DNA from: the human T2T-CHM13v2.0 reference genome, Homo sapiens | Assembly (NCBI RefSeq): GCF_009914755.1 | Contig: NC_060939.1 | Length of the DNA: 64,000 bases | Reading direction: 5' to 3' (one strand) | In this document: one piece after another, positions 1 to 15,095 of the stretch | How positions within the stretch are numbered: position 1 is the stretch's first letter | How the letters are laid out: each line of letters opens with the position of its first letter | Position numbers and translations under genes: made by a program | Notes under the pieces: model-generated | What the model was told of the DNA's origin: nothing | Databases searched by the model: none | The model's input: only the letters and a program-made list of their open reading frames with translations

Positions 1-689
1 CATCTGCCGCTCTGCTCCAGCCAGTCTCAGGAGCCCTAGGGGAGCCTGGGCTGGTGTGGCCAGCGTTTATTCATCAATCTCTTTATTTCTGGGGATTACT
101 CAATTGAGCTTCTCAGATCTGCTTCTTTTACTGGGGAATGGGTGTAATAAAAGTATATATGTAAGTAGATACATGAGATGATGACAAACATCCCAAACAG
201 AAGAACAAACTGGTAGCTCTGCATAAAAAAGAGATGCTAGATAAAAACAGTTTCCAAGGATGCTCCCTTATTTGACAAAATTACCATTGAGACTGCTATG
301 AAGAGCATGCGTTCGTAGACAGCTTTTAAGTTTTAAAATGCTTTCATTTATGGGGATTACCAAATTTTTCCAGTTAAGAATCACAAACAGCAGACAAGAA
401 TGAATGATTAATGCTGGAGTTCCTGGAGTACGGGCCAAAGAAGTTCCCCCAAAGTAAGATTTTTTTTTGAAATTTTACATTTTATCTTAATGATTCACAC
501 AAAATCCATGATATAACTATCTTTATTTTAATAAAAAAGCCTAATTCAAAACTGTTTCGACTATCTTACAAAATCTTATAGTAAAATTGATGCTCTAGGA
601 AGATGCAATGTTGGTATCCCATGGTTTCAAGGACCTTGCAACCAGGAGTATGTGTACTTCATTGGAGGGGCAGGGAGCTACACATATTC

Positions 690-850
690 CTCCAAATCTC
701 ATTATAGCCTTTAAGTGGAAGATGAATAACGAATATTCTTGTTCTCATTTAGCAGATACAGAAAATTAAGCTCAAAGAAATAAAATGCCTAATTCCCACT
801 TCTAGTTAGTGAGGTCCTTGGGACTAAAATCAGCTCCATTTAACTTCCTG
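690..850 (-). mobile_element. MIR SINE fragment
   Basis: ctcatttagcagatacagaaaattaagctcaaaga resembles the antisense MIR core (cccattttacagatgaggaaactgaggctcagag). Confidence 0.55.
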
Positions 851-2688
851 GCTTTGCCCCATTTGGAATCTCCAAATTCAGCTTCTATGAATCTTCAGTT
901 CAGACTTTGTGTGAATGTTTTTAGAACTTTAGGTCATCTTCCAAATTTTGGAGATGAAAAATGCATCTAAAGAATCTCAAGATGTGAGATAGTTTTGCTG
1001 ATGCTGATTACGTTTTACATTGTTTTATTTGTTTCTGATTGAGGGTAACCAACCTATTGCATGTCATGAATTTGATGTGCTAAGTTCTGCCTCACCATAT
1101 ATTTGCTCTCTGATGATTATGTTCACAAGCATCTATGCAAAGGAATAACCTTCTTTCTCTTTCATGTTGCAGTGACTGTGTTATAGATGGTTGACAATAG
1201 GGGATGAAAATTGCCCCTACTCTTTGAGATGACTGGTATTGAATGGAGCAGTCTTTGAAAGGCACCAACCCTTCCTAACTGATGGTGGTCTCTTGAAAGA
1301 GGCTCTTCCAAATTTGTCTTCTGAAAGTGTTGTGGTTGGGGACAGTTCATAACCCTTTCTAATAGAGAGGATGGATTAGTTTTGACTCACTCTGTGTAAG
1401 AAGCTTGGTTGTGGTCCAGCTGGCAAGGTCATAAAGCAAAGTAATTACTTGAAAGTAAAAGGAAAAGATAAATATTGTATCTAGTATCCTCCCTTGTTAT
1501 TTAGGATTCTGGCTTTCTCTTGGATTAAAAAAAAAAAAACAACTCATCTTTTTAGGGTCAAGAAAAAATTTCCATGGTATCCCAATGGAAAAATCCCACT
1601 TAACAGTGATTGTGGTATTAATAGTGGTATTCTTTATTTTCTTTGGAACGCCTTTATCTGAATCATATTAATTAACTTAGTGCCAGAGTCCCAGAATCCA
1701 CAAGGAATAGTATGTAAGACAAGTTAAAACATGTAACTATGCAAAATGTGAAGCACAGTTCATTTCTTAAGACAAATGCTATTTAAATCATATGATATAT
1801 CACCTCTATATCTTCTATGGTGATGAACGGCTAGAGAATATGTCACTGGCAAATAAATGTACATAAGTAGAATAAGTATACAAAAGATTGAGTTGACATT
1901 GTAGTATGCAATATTTTTATGGTTTTCAAAGGAGCAGAAGGGCAAAAGAATAGCTCAAATCTAAAAACACATTAGTTACATGACCTAATTCTTTTTGTAA
2001 ATGTTCTGAGATTAGGGACTAAATAAAAATTTATAACTGTCAGAAGTGAGCCAAAAGGTTTCATGACTTGTTTAAAACACTCATCATAGGTTTATCTAAC
2101 AAATAATGTTATAATAGGCTTCGTCATACACTGCTGAGAAGTTTAGAATTTGGTGAAACTAAGAGAAGTTAGAAAAATGTAGGGCACTAATGCTAAAATG
2201 CTTTTAATGTATCAATTTTCCTCTCAATGATTAATCTTCTCCTAGTTTTTTAGGATTAAAAATTAAGAGTCATCTTCATATGTGAAATAACTCATCCAAA
2301 CTATATAGTTCCAACAAAAATGCTTCCTAGAAAAACAGACCTCTAGGAAAATACACATCTCCATTTTTAAATTGCTCTTAGTAATTCACTGTAATTCAGC
2401 CTATGAAAACCTTTTCAGTGGTGGGCTCTACTTAGCAGGCACAAAGCTGGAGAAGGACACCACTTCACCCACAGGTGTTAGGCAAAGGGATTGATTGCTG
2501 GGTCAGAGCTACTCAAAGTAGGATTTTAGAGGGCATAAACCTGTATGTATTTGACCGTTTAACAACATGGCAGTTAGCTATACTTCTGCATAGAACTTAG
2601 AATCTGGGATATAAATATATATTTTCTATACAGTTCTACACCTTTGCTACTCAGTTTTAAAAGTTTGTGATCTTTCAGAAATCAAGCA

Positions 2689-3063
2689 AGGACGGTCCCT
2701 GACTTAGGATGGTACAACTTATGATTTTTCACCTCCATGATGGTGCAGAAATGATGTGCGTCCAGTAGAAATCTACTTTGAGTACCCACACAACCATTCC
2801 GTTTTTTTTACTTTCAGTACAATATTCAATAAATTACACGAGATAGTCAACATATTATTATAAAATAGGATTGGTATTAGATAATTTAGATAATTTTGCC
2901 CCACTGTAGGCTAATGAAAGTCTTCTGAGCGCATTTAACATAATCTAGGCTGAGCTATGATGTTTAGCAGGTTAGGAGTATTAAGTGCATTTTGATATAT
3001 GGTATTTTCAACTTAGGATGGGTTTATTAGGATGTAACCCCATCATAAGTCAAGGATCATCTG
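2689..3063 (-). mobile_element. MER47A-like TcMar-Tigger non-autonomous DNA transposon, near full length
   Basis: TIR-like ends gacggtccctgacttaggatgg ... ccatcataagtcaaggatcatctg followed by TA; internal sequence matches recalled MER47A consensus along ~370 bp. Confidence 0.8.
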
Positions 3064-3973
3064 TATATGTCCCACAGTTAACATACCTTCCAGTACAATA
3101 ATACTATAGGAAGAGCATGCTGGGGATTATATGGAAACTATTTGGCAATGGACACAGCATAGGCAGTGACCAATGATGAAAAATGCCTTTTGCGGTTCAA
3201 GTCCAGGCAGCCCTTTGCTGGTCCAAGCTTCAGTCCTTTAGTTTCTGGATTTTCTCATGGGAGACATGCTGGTCTTAAACAGTAAAGGCTGTGAGGGTTT
3301 CAGGCAAGGCAGTGGCTAATTTTTGAGTATACAATAATATTTCAATATTTTAACTTCTAGTACAGTTGTATCACTTCACGCCATGGAATATTACCCGTGG
3401 TATTATGTAGTAATATCACTGAGAGGTTAATTTGGTTTCTGTGGCTGCTGTTGGAATCTAATTTTAAGTTTTCCTGGAGAAAAGAATTCTGAGTTCTTTT
3501 TCCTATTTATAACTTTTATTTTACTATTACAAATCAGTTTGAAACACAAACTGATTTTTACTTTGGACACCATCTGTGATATGATATTATACTGCCACCT
3601 GTGATTTATGCAAGAGGTGCATTTCTTCCTCTAACCTGAGGCAATAGAAAGGAAATACATTTTGGTTAATAATAATAATCTTTCTCAAGCTCTTCACCTA
3701 GCTAAATAATAACTGTCTACATAGCTTCTTAGACATGACTTCTCTACTTCACAAGCTTTAAAAATGAAGCATACATCTAGCTATTTAAGGTTTTCAAATT
3801 CCAGAGTCCACTCTAGCTTATGAGATTCTACTTAAATAAATAAGGCAAATATGCGGCTATGGTAGGAAAGGTCTGACCAAATGCAGAAGATGATCGGCAA
3901 AAGGTCTTGCAAGATTCTCCTACCTTTATTCAGGACCACATGTCTAACATTTAGCAATTGGCATTGCCTAGAC

Positions 3974-4179
3974 CTGAACTGTCCAACACAATAGCCACTA
4001 GCCACATGTAGGGATTTAAATTCAAAGGCATACTTGATAAGATTAAGCAAAATTAAAAGTATAGTTCCTCAGTCACATATTTCAAGTGCTCACTTAGCAA
4101 CCTATGGCAGGTGGCTAACATATCGGACAGCAGGGTAAAAGTTCTATTTTATTACAGGCAGTCCTATTGGACACTCCTG
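3974..4179 (-). mobile_element. MER3 (hAT-Charlie) MITE
   Basis: ctgtccaa...tagccactagccacatg...ttcctcagtcacatatttcaagtgctc...ctattggaca are MER3 hallmarks. Confidence 0.8.
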
Positions 4180-4299
4180 GTCCAGAGGTTCATTACATCT
4201 CATTTTTATTTCTCTTAATAAAGATAAAAATATCTCATCTTTTCCTATCTCCAGAGGAGTGAGAAACAGGTTGGCGTATCATTTCAAAGTTATGTTTAG

Positions 4300-4622
<323 letters not shown>

Positions 4623-4842
4623 TGTAACATGGATTTAATATTGAATATGTCATAATGTGGCTCTAAAAATTCATTTAGATACATTTCTATTAAAAATCTT
4701 AAGACATTGACTTTTTAATCACTCTCCTCGCTCCCTCCCCACCCCCAAATTAAGATTTGTCTTTATTCTTCTTAATTCTTTTTATTCTGGATAAAAACTA
4801 ATATTCAGATAATTTTCTTATGTTGCCTAAATGTAGACTCAC

Positions 4843-4999
4843 CTAGAACAAGGGATAGGCTTTTAAACTAAATTCAAGTTTTCCTCCACGGCATTCAGGA
4901 AAACTGGTTTGCAGGGGAAGACACCTGCAACATTCTCCTAGACAATACCTGAATGCTGAATAATTTGTTCTTGCCTCAGTGACCCTTGACTACACCACT
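4843..4999 (-). other. candidate non-coding exon (157 bp)
   Basis: minus-strand acceptor ttttctccctatttttcatcag and donor tag|gtgagt; stops in all three frames. Confidence 0.3.
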
Positions 5000-6149
5000 C
5001 TGATGAAAAATAGGGAGAAAACTTTCACCCACTGTTTGAGCTACATGAGGCCCTGCTCAGGTGAGATCAGATGCTTCCTTGGATTGACTGATTCTTTTGG
5101 CATCATCTATTGATCTGTGAAGGAATGCTATTTGAACACCAGCCATATCTTAATTCTCCTATTGGGATCACCAGACAACACAAGTAGAACAGAGTCCTCC
5201 TTTTGCAATGATTTTATCAGCGCCCTCCGGTTCTATCACCTGCCATGAAAGGCGGTGCCTCTTAAGAAAAATTTCCAGGGTGTAAATTTAATCCATGTGA
5301 GTTTAGACTCTGGCAGACAGAACTGTAGATTAGGGTATGTCTTTAGAGTTTTGCCCTTGGCTGCGATAGGAATTTGCTGGAACTGGGCTGGGGATGTTGT
5401 TGAAAGGATGTTTTCTCCCAACTGGCTGACATTCAGTGTGCCTGCATGGTATTGATACAGTATTGGCATTGACAATGTCACTTCTAGCAGTCTCATTTTT
5501 TAGATGTTGATATTAAGGGTGCAAATTTTGTTTGTTTTTGCAGTGTTAGAGGAAAAGAATAAAAATTTCTTGATGCTTACAGTATACAGGATTTGGTATG
5601 CCAGGACAAATTCCTTAAGCTAATTTCCCCTTGAACATTTTGGAGTACTAATTTAAAAAATGGGTGTTGTAGATTTTTGTTATTTGCATTAAGTTATATT
5701 TAAAATAAATATGCAAAGGTAAGAGAGAAATTGTATCAAGTGTACTGACTCAATTTCTGGAATGTAACTAGTCCAGATAATCCAGGCATTTTAATTCTAT
5801 TGTGCTTTGTGAGTTTAAATTAAAAAAAATTATCATCTTCAAAGCTTTTTTGAATTCCCAGAAAATCTTTATTTTAGTCCTTCAGTTTTCTTTTTGAGCC
5901 AAGGATCATAGCCTCCCCTTACTGTTCCTGAAATATATCCATCAAGTCGTTTTTAGTATAATTGTGTTTACAGACAATGGTGAAGACAACTATTTAATCA
6001 TATTTTCTCATGTTTTAAAAAGCAGATAAATTTAGCTTGTTAGACTCAAAAGGATAAACCACTGCCAACACATACATGTCCACAAATCAAATGCCCAATT
6101 CTGATGATCTCTCCTGCTGAAATTCTCACTTATAAATCTGTTTTCTATT

Positions 6150-6870
6150 CTTGCACTATCTTTTTCCTGGACCATTATGATAATCTTGTAAGAATTCTCT
6201 CTATGTTCCTATATTCATTTGTCTATGAAATTCATCTGCCTAAAATATAATTCTAATTATATTGCAACAGAGGTCCCTGACTGAAAGTTTAAATGGTTAA
6301 GTATTGTGCAAATCTCTTAGTCTGGAGGTCAGATTCAAAGCTCCCCATGGTCTGTCCTCAAATAGCTTTTCTTGTCTTAGCTCTCCCTGCTCCTTGAGGG
6401 TAGGCCTGCATTTTATCCAGCCTTAATTCACGAGTGCCACATAACATTGCCTGGCACAGAGGTGGTGCTCAAGAAAACATGTTGAAATTTCATGTGCTAC
6501 CTATAGCTATTGATTGAAAAAGATCCCAACAGCCTCCCCTCCCATTCTCATATCTTTGCTTACATTGCCCTCCATACCTAAAATGACATCTTTTCCTCCA
6601 TCTCCTCTTTCCATCTTACAACTCACTCTTTTAAGACACATTTTAAATGTTTTCTTTTCCAGAAATCTTCTCTGATATTAAAACTGAATATGCTCTCTCC
6701 TCAGAATCTGATATCCTTTTTAGAACACTTATTGCACATACCACATTCTGCATTATGTTATAGCTACTTGTCGATGTGTCTTAATTACCCTACTAGATTC
6801 TAAGTATTTTGGGGACTAGAAATTGTGTTATAATCATTTTCTGCCTTATCCACAGTGTCTAATATAATAT
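6150..6870 (+). mobile_element. L2 LINE 3' fragments
   Basis: tgcctggcacagaggtggtgctcaagaaaacatgttgaa (L2 3' terminus) and ctactagattctaag...gggactag...cacagtgtcta. Confidence 0.55.
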
Positions 6871-7619
6871 TATTAATCAGGCAGTAAGCAAACTCTGTCC
6901 CATTTTGAGCACAAATTGTGTAAGTCATTTATTATGTAATAGATAACCTAAAAACATCAAAAGAAACCATATCTTGCACACATAGATAGTGTCTTTCAAA
7001 CTTTTATGCCCACATCACAATATTTCTGGTTTAATAATACCTTAAATCAAGCCATTTATAAAGATATTAAATACATACAAATTAGCTTAGATGAACCAAA
7101 ATGACAAATTGTTTTTCATATAAAAATTGATCAAATTCAACCTAAGAAAATAATCTATACCCAATTAATTCCTGATAATGTAGGTAGAAATTTCATTTAA
7201 TCATTAATTGTTCCTTGCTGGGAAATGATGTTTTTCCTCCAGTTACTCAGAGTCAGGCTCTCTCCACCTCCGTGTCCTTTCTAGGGGTTACATTCTTGAC
7301 CTCCCTGACTAGTGGTGGGTCTTTCCTATGCCCTCGGGGTTTACTTATCAGCCAACTGATGTTCTGCATGGACTTTTTGTTCTTAACTTTATAACATGTG
7401 AATTTGTAGCTTCTCTTTGTCACAGGTTTTGGCTATTTCTCTTCACAATGAACAACTCATGGATTAACAACTTTACTTTTGAGAAGAGTTAAATTCCAGA
7501 CATTCTATTTGGAGGGAAGGCAATTCCAGAGAATAAACTCTCCTTCCTCTATTGTATTAACCCGTCTTCCACTTAATACCAGATATACAAAGTGATGAGT
7601 AACTATGTAACACACTGCC

Positions 7620-7826
7620 CTTATAGTTGAGAACTCAGGGGCTGTAGTCAGGTGGCACTGGATTCAAATGCTGATTCTGCCACATACTGGCCGAAGGACT
7701 TTGGTCACATTACTTAACTTCTCAGAGCTTTACAGGTGGGAACAAGAGTACCTGAGTTCATGTATGTAAAACACTTAACTCCATACCTGGCAGGGAGTAG
7801 ACATTCAATAAATGGTAGTTATTTGC
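7620..7826 (+). mobile_element. MIR SINE
   Basis: ggattcaaatgctgattctgccac...ttacttaacttctc...atgtaaaacactta...ttcaataaatggtagtta. Confidence 0.75.
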
Positions 7827-7931
7827 TATTATATGTATAAAGTTGGGTTTGCAGCAAGGTGGAAAGAACATTCCAGATCAGGAACCAAAAGCTACAGAGA
7901 TTAAAGGGACCAGAATGCAAATAAGGATGAA

Positions 7932-8136
7932 CAGAGTCTAGTCAACCTGAACTTTGCCTCCCAGGGGACTATCGGCAATGTCTAGAGACATTTTTTGGTT
8001 GTCACAAGAGAGAGAGTGCCACTGGCCTCTGTTGGGTAGAAGGCAGATTCTGCTAAACATTCTGCAATGCACAAGACAGCCCCCGACAACAAAAAATGAC
8101 TCAAAGTGTCAATAGTACCAACACTGAGAAACTCTG
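7932..8136 (+). mobile_element. MER20 (hAT-Charlie)
   Basis: tttgcctcccaggggac...ggcaatgtctagagacatttt...ggttgtcacaa...tgctaaacattctgcaatgcacaagacagcccc...tgagaaactctg. Confidence 0.85.
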
Positions 8137-8504
8137 AATTAGATGGATTTTCAAGGAATATACAGTTGGTTATGTCTTATACTTCTTTGTACACTCAAAG
8201 ATTTATACAAAGTAAATATGTATTCATTAATTATTGATTTATTGATATGGAAAAATTAGATCAGCATAAGATGTATTTTCCCTCAAGATTTTTCCAGGGT
8301 ATGTATGCATTGGCAGCATTTACTCTGCTTCTGGTTCTGGAAATTGGCAATTTTGAAAAAAAAAGACCATGTCAGTAGCCCTTTTTCTCCCTTAAGTGCA
8401 AAACCAAATTGTTACTCTAATTTATTCAACAGATTTACATGAAAAAAAATCTTAATTTTAGGGATCTTACAAAGAATGCCATGATCTTAATTCCATTGAT
8501 GAAA

Positions 8505-8507
<3 letters not shown>

Positions 8508-8535
<28 letters not shown>
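8508..8535 (+). repeat. poly(A) mononucleotide tract (A28)
   Basis: uninterrupted A run with no adjacent SINE body. Confidence 0.95.
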
Positions 8536-9289
8536 GATTCAGAATGTCAGTTTGCCCTTAAGTGATGTATTAGCTACAAGAAATCTCATTACAATTTGAT
8601 GCCTGAATCCCTTGAAGGAAAGATCTTATATTGTGAAGGTAGCATATGTGTCATGTGATGTAAGTACTTACTTTTATTGAATAGGTAAGTATATAATAGC
8701 TAAAAGCCCCATAAATCAGCTAAATGTTCTCTCAATTTACAGAGAATATTTGATCAGTGAACATTGCTGTCTAGTGAACGACGGGGAGGAAAAGGAGACA
8801 CGAAATGCAATAGAGATGGATATGATGACTAATTCCTTTCGATTCAGAGTATCATATTTCAAGTCACAGATGGACAACCTGCACTGTACTGTCCATAGAC
8901 TGCCCAGGCAATTTTAAAAATTTAAGACTTGCATGTTAGATGTGGTGAATGGGGAGTTACATGCATATAGCCAAATCACTCCAGAGGGACATCCAAAAAT
9001 AACGGGAGAGGATAGATGCTGCGTAGATATATTCAAGGAAGTCATATTTCATTGGACTTTTTATTTAAGCAAATTGAATGGTGATGAAAGAAAAAAGCAA
9101 CTATATGGTCAATATCTGTCAGAGAGCCTTGTTCATCAGCAAGGCAAGGAAATACTCTGTCTGGTAGCTAGGAATGAAGGATAAATTTAAATGGCCCAGA
9201 AGGTAACCTGATATTTGCCTAGAGGTCAGAAGCATGACTGGGATTATTTTCCTTTTTTTCATAGAAAAAGGAAGGCAGCAATTTCTTCC

Positions 9290-9550
9290 CAACCATGGAC
9301 ATTCTTCAGTCCCTTTCTCTGCATCTTTTTACTTTCTAACATTGACAGGTTCTCATGCATTGAAATGTTCATCCTTTGACCTTATTTCCTTTAATAATTA
9401 GCACCTTACTTCTTTTCTATTTTCTGCTGCCAAATACTTGAATGAGAAATCTAAAGCTACTGCCTTCATTTTCTCATCAACCTCCTAACCCCTCTGCAAT
9501 CTGGCTTTTATCCCCACACGGATACAACTTTCTTAGGCACAAGAGATCTT
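9290..9550 (+). mobile_element. L2 fragment
   Basis: ctcctaacccctctgcaatctggcttttatcccca is typical L2 ORF2-region sequence. Confidence 0.5.
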
Positions 9551-9564
9551 TTTTGGGGCAGCAG

Positions 9565-9759
9565 AAGTGTGCATTGTGGATAAAAACCTTGCACCTGGCA
9601 TGAGATTTTAATTTAAATCCTTGCTTTTTTGCTTACTAGGATGTTACTTAAACATACCATGCCTCAGTTTCCTCACCTGAGTGGGACTAACAATGGGACC
9701 AACCTCATAGGTTGGTATCAAGATTAACAGACAAATTGTGTGTAAATTCCATATCATGC
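9565..9759 (+). mobile_element. MIR SINE, interrupted by MLT2; 3' tail resumes at ~12192-12235
   Basis: gcctcagtttcctcacctg core, aacctcataggttgg; tail agtaggtgttcaata after the MLT2 end. Confidence 0.75.
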
Positions 9760-9999
9760 TGTATTAGTCAGGGTTCTCCAGAGAAACAGAACCAATAGGA
9801 TGTGTGCATGTGTGTGTGTTTGCATGTGGATTTGTGTGGGGCAAGGGGAGAGAAAGTAAGGAATTGGCTCAAATGATTATGGAGGCTGGCAAGTCCCAAA
9901 GTGAGACAGCAAGCTGGAAACCCAGGAGGGCTGATGGTGTAGTTATAGTCTGCAGGAAAGTAGGCTTGAGTCCTCGAAAAAGCTGATGTTTCAGTTTGA

Positions 10000-12033
<2,034 letters not shown>

Positions 12034-12368
12034 AAAACCCACCCTCTTTAGGGTGAGCAATCTGCTTTGCTCTGTCTATAGATTCAAATGTTAATCTCAT
12101 CCAAAAATACTCTCACAGACACACCCAGAATAATGTTTGATCAAATGTCTGAGCATCTGTGGCCCAGACAAGCTGATACATAAAAATCACAGTAGGTGTT
12201 CAATACTTAGTAAATGTTCAGTAAATATTCAATATTACCCAGAGGCCTTAAACTGATGTTTCATTAGCTAAACCCATCTTCCAGAAGTACTTGCTTAGAC
12301 AGCAATGTTTTGCTTTTTATTACTTTTAAAATTGTGAATTGAGTGCTTGTAAATAGGGAGGCACTCAC

Positions 12369-12522
12369 CAGTGGGCCTTCGGCAAGATCACTCCTGATAG
12401 CTCTGTATCAGGCTGCCTGTCACTTCTACGTCGCATGCTTCTTTGAGCACTTCAGTTTACAATTCCAACTAACTCTACCCAAAGGCAGTTGTCTTTTCTT
12501 ATTCTTCATCTTATAGACCACT
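12369..12522 (-). other. candidate non-coding exon (154 bp)
   Basis: minus-strand acceptor ttttctgtactattcagtttttcag and donor ctg|gtgagt; no open frame across it. Confidence 0.25.
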
Positions 12523-12829
12523 CTGAAAAACTGAATAGTACAGAAAATTCTCCTAGTTCTCCTAATTACCCAAACACTTCTTTCTCTTGCTCTAGTTTTT
12601 TTTTTTTTTTTGACTTCCTGACCCCAACTATACTTTGGAATTTATCCTTTGTCATCTCCTAACTCATTTAGGCTTTCAGCTGATGTACTTACCCTCAAGC
12701 AGTTTATGATCTAATTAGGACGACAAAACCACTATGTGAAGCAAAAACACAAATCTAATGCAAAATCTCCAGCAACTCTCATAGCCTTTCACATAACAAA
12801 ATCTAGTAAAGGTTTGATGGATGGGTGGA

Positions 12830-13030
12830 TGTTTTGATGAATGAATAAAATAATAAATGAGTGAATAATTACAGAGAAGGAGCCAAATTAGGACTAGAAA
12901 AATCAGAGAAGATTGTAGGAAAGTGCATGAAAGATTTACATTAGTCTTGAAGAGAGCATAGAATAGAGCAGCAAGTTGAAGAGGAGAAAACCTTCCAGGC
13001 AAAGGCAACAGAGTAAATTTAGACTTGGAA
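12830..13030 (-). mobile_element. L2 fragment
   Basis: gaatgaata repeats; aaccttccaggcaaaggcaacag antisense L2 motif. Confidence 0.5.
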
Positions 13031-13059
13031 ATAAAAATAAGATGTTGTTTTTGATGCTC

Positions 13060-13192
13060 TCCCATATACAGTTTTCTTATCTGTACAATGAGCTTGATAA
13101 CAGAAACACTTTATATGATTGCAAAATTTGAGTAGTTAATATTTTAAAGTGTTTCTTCCAAAGAATAAGCATTCAATAAATGTTCAATTATA
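13060..13192 (+). mobile_element. MIR fragment
   Basis: cagttttcttatctgtacaatg core; taagcattcaataaatgtt tail. Confidence 0.65.
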
Positions 13193-13904
13193 ATGATCAC
13201 ATTTATAGAAAATAGTACATAAAATATCTATTTACAAGAAAACATGCCAAGCAGCTATTCACTAATATTAAAGTGTACATTGTTTTATTATTTACTATGC
13301 TGAGGAGTATTTGAAAAGTGCTAAACCATTTTCGGAAACAAGAGGATACTTAAAAATACCATGTTCTTACCTGTTGCTGCTTACCTTTAATAATTTAGAG
13401 TATATATTATCTAAAACTGCTGCCCTTGTAGTAACCTATAGTATGATAAATTTGGGTATTAGCTGCTTCTGAACTTTTGAACCTGTTGTGGGATTGAATC
13501 TACAACCAATACAGAAATGTTTCTTGTCATTTTATAATTCATGAAGTTAAATACCTTCTGCTTGCTATGATTATTGAGGGAAAAGGTATTGAACTGGTAG
13601 GCCTGAACTCCAAATGGATCTTCCACATACCGAGAAAATGTTGATTTGTGAAAGCTCTGTTGTACATCTCCTTGGGTTTATCACCTGGTAAGATTTATAC
13701 TGTGGCAAAAATTGCAACGCAGCCCAGGTCTGCCCTGTCATTCTGAGGCCTCAGCTGTTTGCTGGGGCCAAGTTTTCTCCTCTTATTTATTTTTCCCCAG
13801 ATATGTCTTAATTGATGTAACACATTCACATCCAAATCTTTAAAAATTACATTTCCTCAATTCATTTTTTTTAAGTGCTAAAACTTTCTAAAATCTCATT
13901 TAGC

Positions 13905-14320
13905 CTTAATTTATCCATTGGACACATGCTCTTTTAACAGGCCTGGTGCTAAGTGGTAGAAACATAAACACAACCATAACAAGACCCCTCATTTCAAGGA
14001 TACACTTTTTCGTGTCGTGGAGACAGAGAGATAAATTATACGACATGGTGAAATGCTAGGGCACAGATGCTGGAATCACTCACACTGGGGGAGCCAGGGA
14101 AGACACCATGGAGGGGCTGACATTTAAGCAGAGGCTGAAGGGTGGCAGGGATAGAAGGACATGTGCGCAAAAGACTGGTGGGGAATGGTGATGTCTTTGG
14201 TGAGGTCTGCAGGAAAGTGGAAGGAAATAAGGTTGAACCAATGAGTAGAGTCTGGGGGAGGGTTAGGCACATCGTAAAGAACCTACCATGTCTAGCCAAG
14301 AAATTTTGAATTTTATAAAA
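13905..14320 (-). mobile_element. L2 fragment
   Basis: caggcctggtgctaag...catttaagcagaggctgaagg...aagaaattttgaattttat antisense L2 pattern. Confidence 0.6.
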
Positions 14321-14829
14321 CACTTGTTACATTTTTTTCCCAAACTGATTCTGTGTCTACATGAAACTTTTATAATTCCATCACTCCACTCAGTGTACTC
14401 ATTCTTTAGTTCATATCAGGTACTCCATAAGTTGCATACAGCACAAATGTGTATTTTGTTTGTTTGCTGATGTTTTTATTTATTCAATTTTTATCTTTTA
14501 AGAGATTTTAATCAGCAAAATGTGGTCAAAATTGAAAGTTGCTTAATTACTGTTTTGGACAATATTCTATTTCCTTCATGACCTATTAGAACAATTCTGT
14601 TGTTCTAATTCAACTTGACCTTCACTTAAGCATGGAATGTTATTACAGCCAGAAAAAAAATCTGTTTGTAAGTAAAAGGCAGAGATTCTGTCAACTTATC
14701 TTCACAAACATTCTCATCACCATCTCTATTTAAGGTTTATGGCTCTTTCTATCCAGCCGGACAATATTTTTTTCAATTCTGGTGTTCTTTATTATTCCTG
14801 TTTCCTAATTCAGTGTCAGACTTTCTATT

Positions 14830-15095
14830 CAGCCATTTGAACTGGGCTCACTAGCTTATTAATATATAATTTATGGAATACTTGCCGTGGTAGTTACAGC
14901 TAGGTTATGGAGTACTAAGTTCAATGAGACATTGTCCTACCTTCAAGTAGCTTATGGTTCAGTGTGAGAAGTAGATGTCAAAGAGTAAACTCAGGAGAGT
15001 GTGACACAGGCCTACACACAGGGCGAGGCATAGTGATGATAAAACTTGTCATGGTAGTAGGAGACATATTAACTGAGCTTTAAAGGATGTGTTGG
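14830..15095 (-). mobile_element. L2 fragment
   Basis: gacattgtcctaccttcaagtagcttatggttcagtg; taactgagctttaaaggatg. Confidence 0.55.

Noticed and set aside
374-453. + strand AG...GTAAGA bracketed 80-bp segment (similar pairs at 5544-5718 and 53419-53574)
   Set aside because: Stops in all frames for the first, weaker sites, no supporting context; such pairs are common by chance
3217-3240. gctggtccaag resembling a Y RNA 5' end
   Set aside because: Similarity does not extend, and there is no 3' stem partner or U-tail
5236-5496. 86-aa minus-strand ORF in unique sequence
   Set aside because: No recognisable homology or convincing exon structure; the length is expected by chance
7782-7796. tacctggcaggg resembling the U1 snRNA 5' region
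   Set aside because: Only ~12 nt, and explained by the diverged MIR 3' end (tgcctggcaca)
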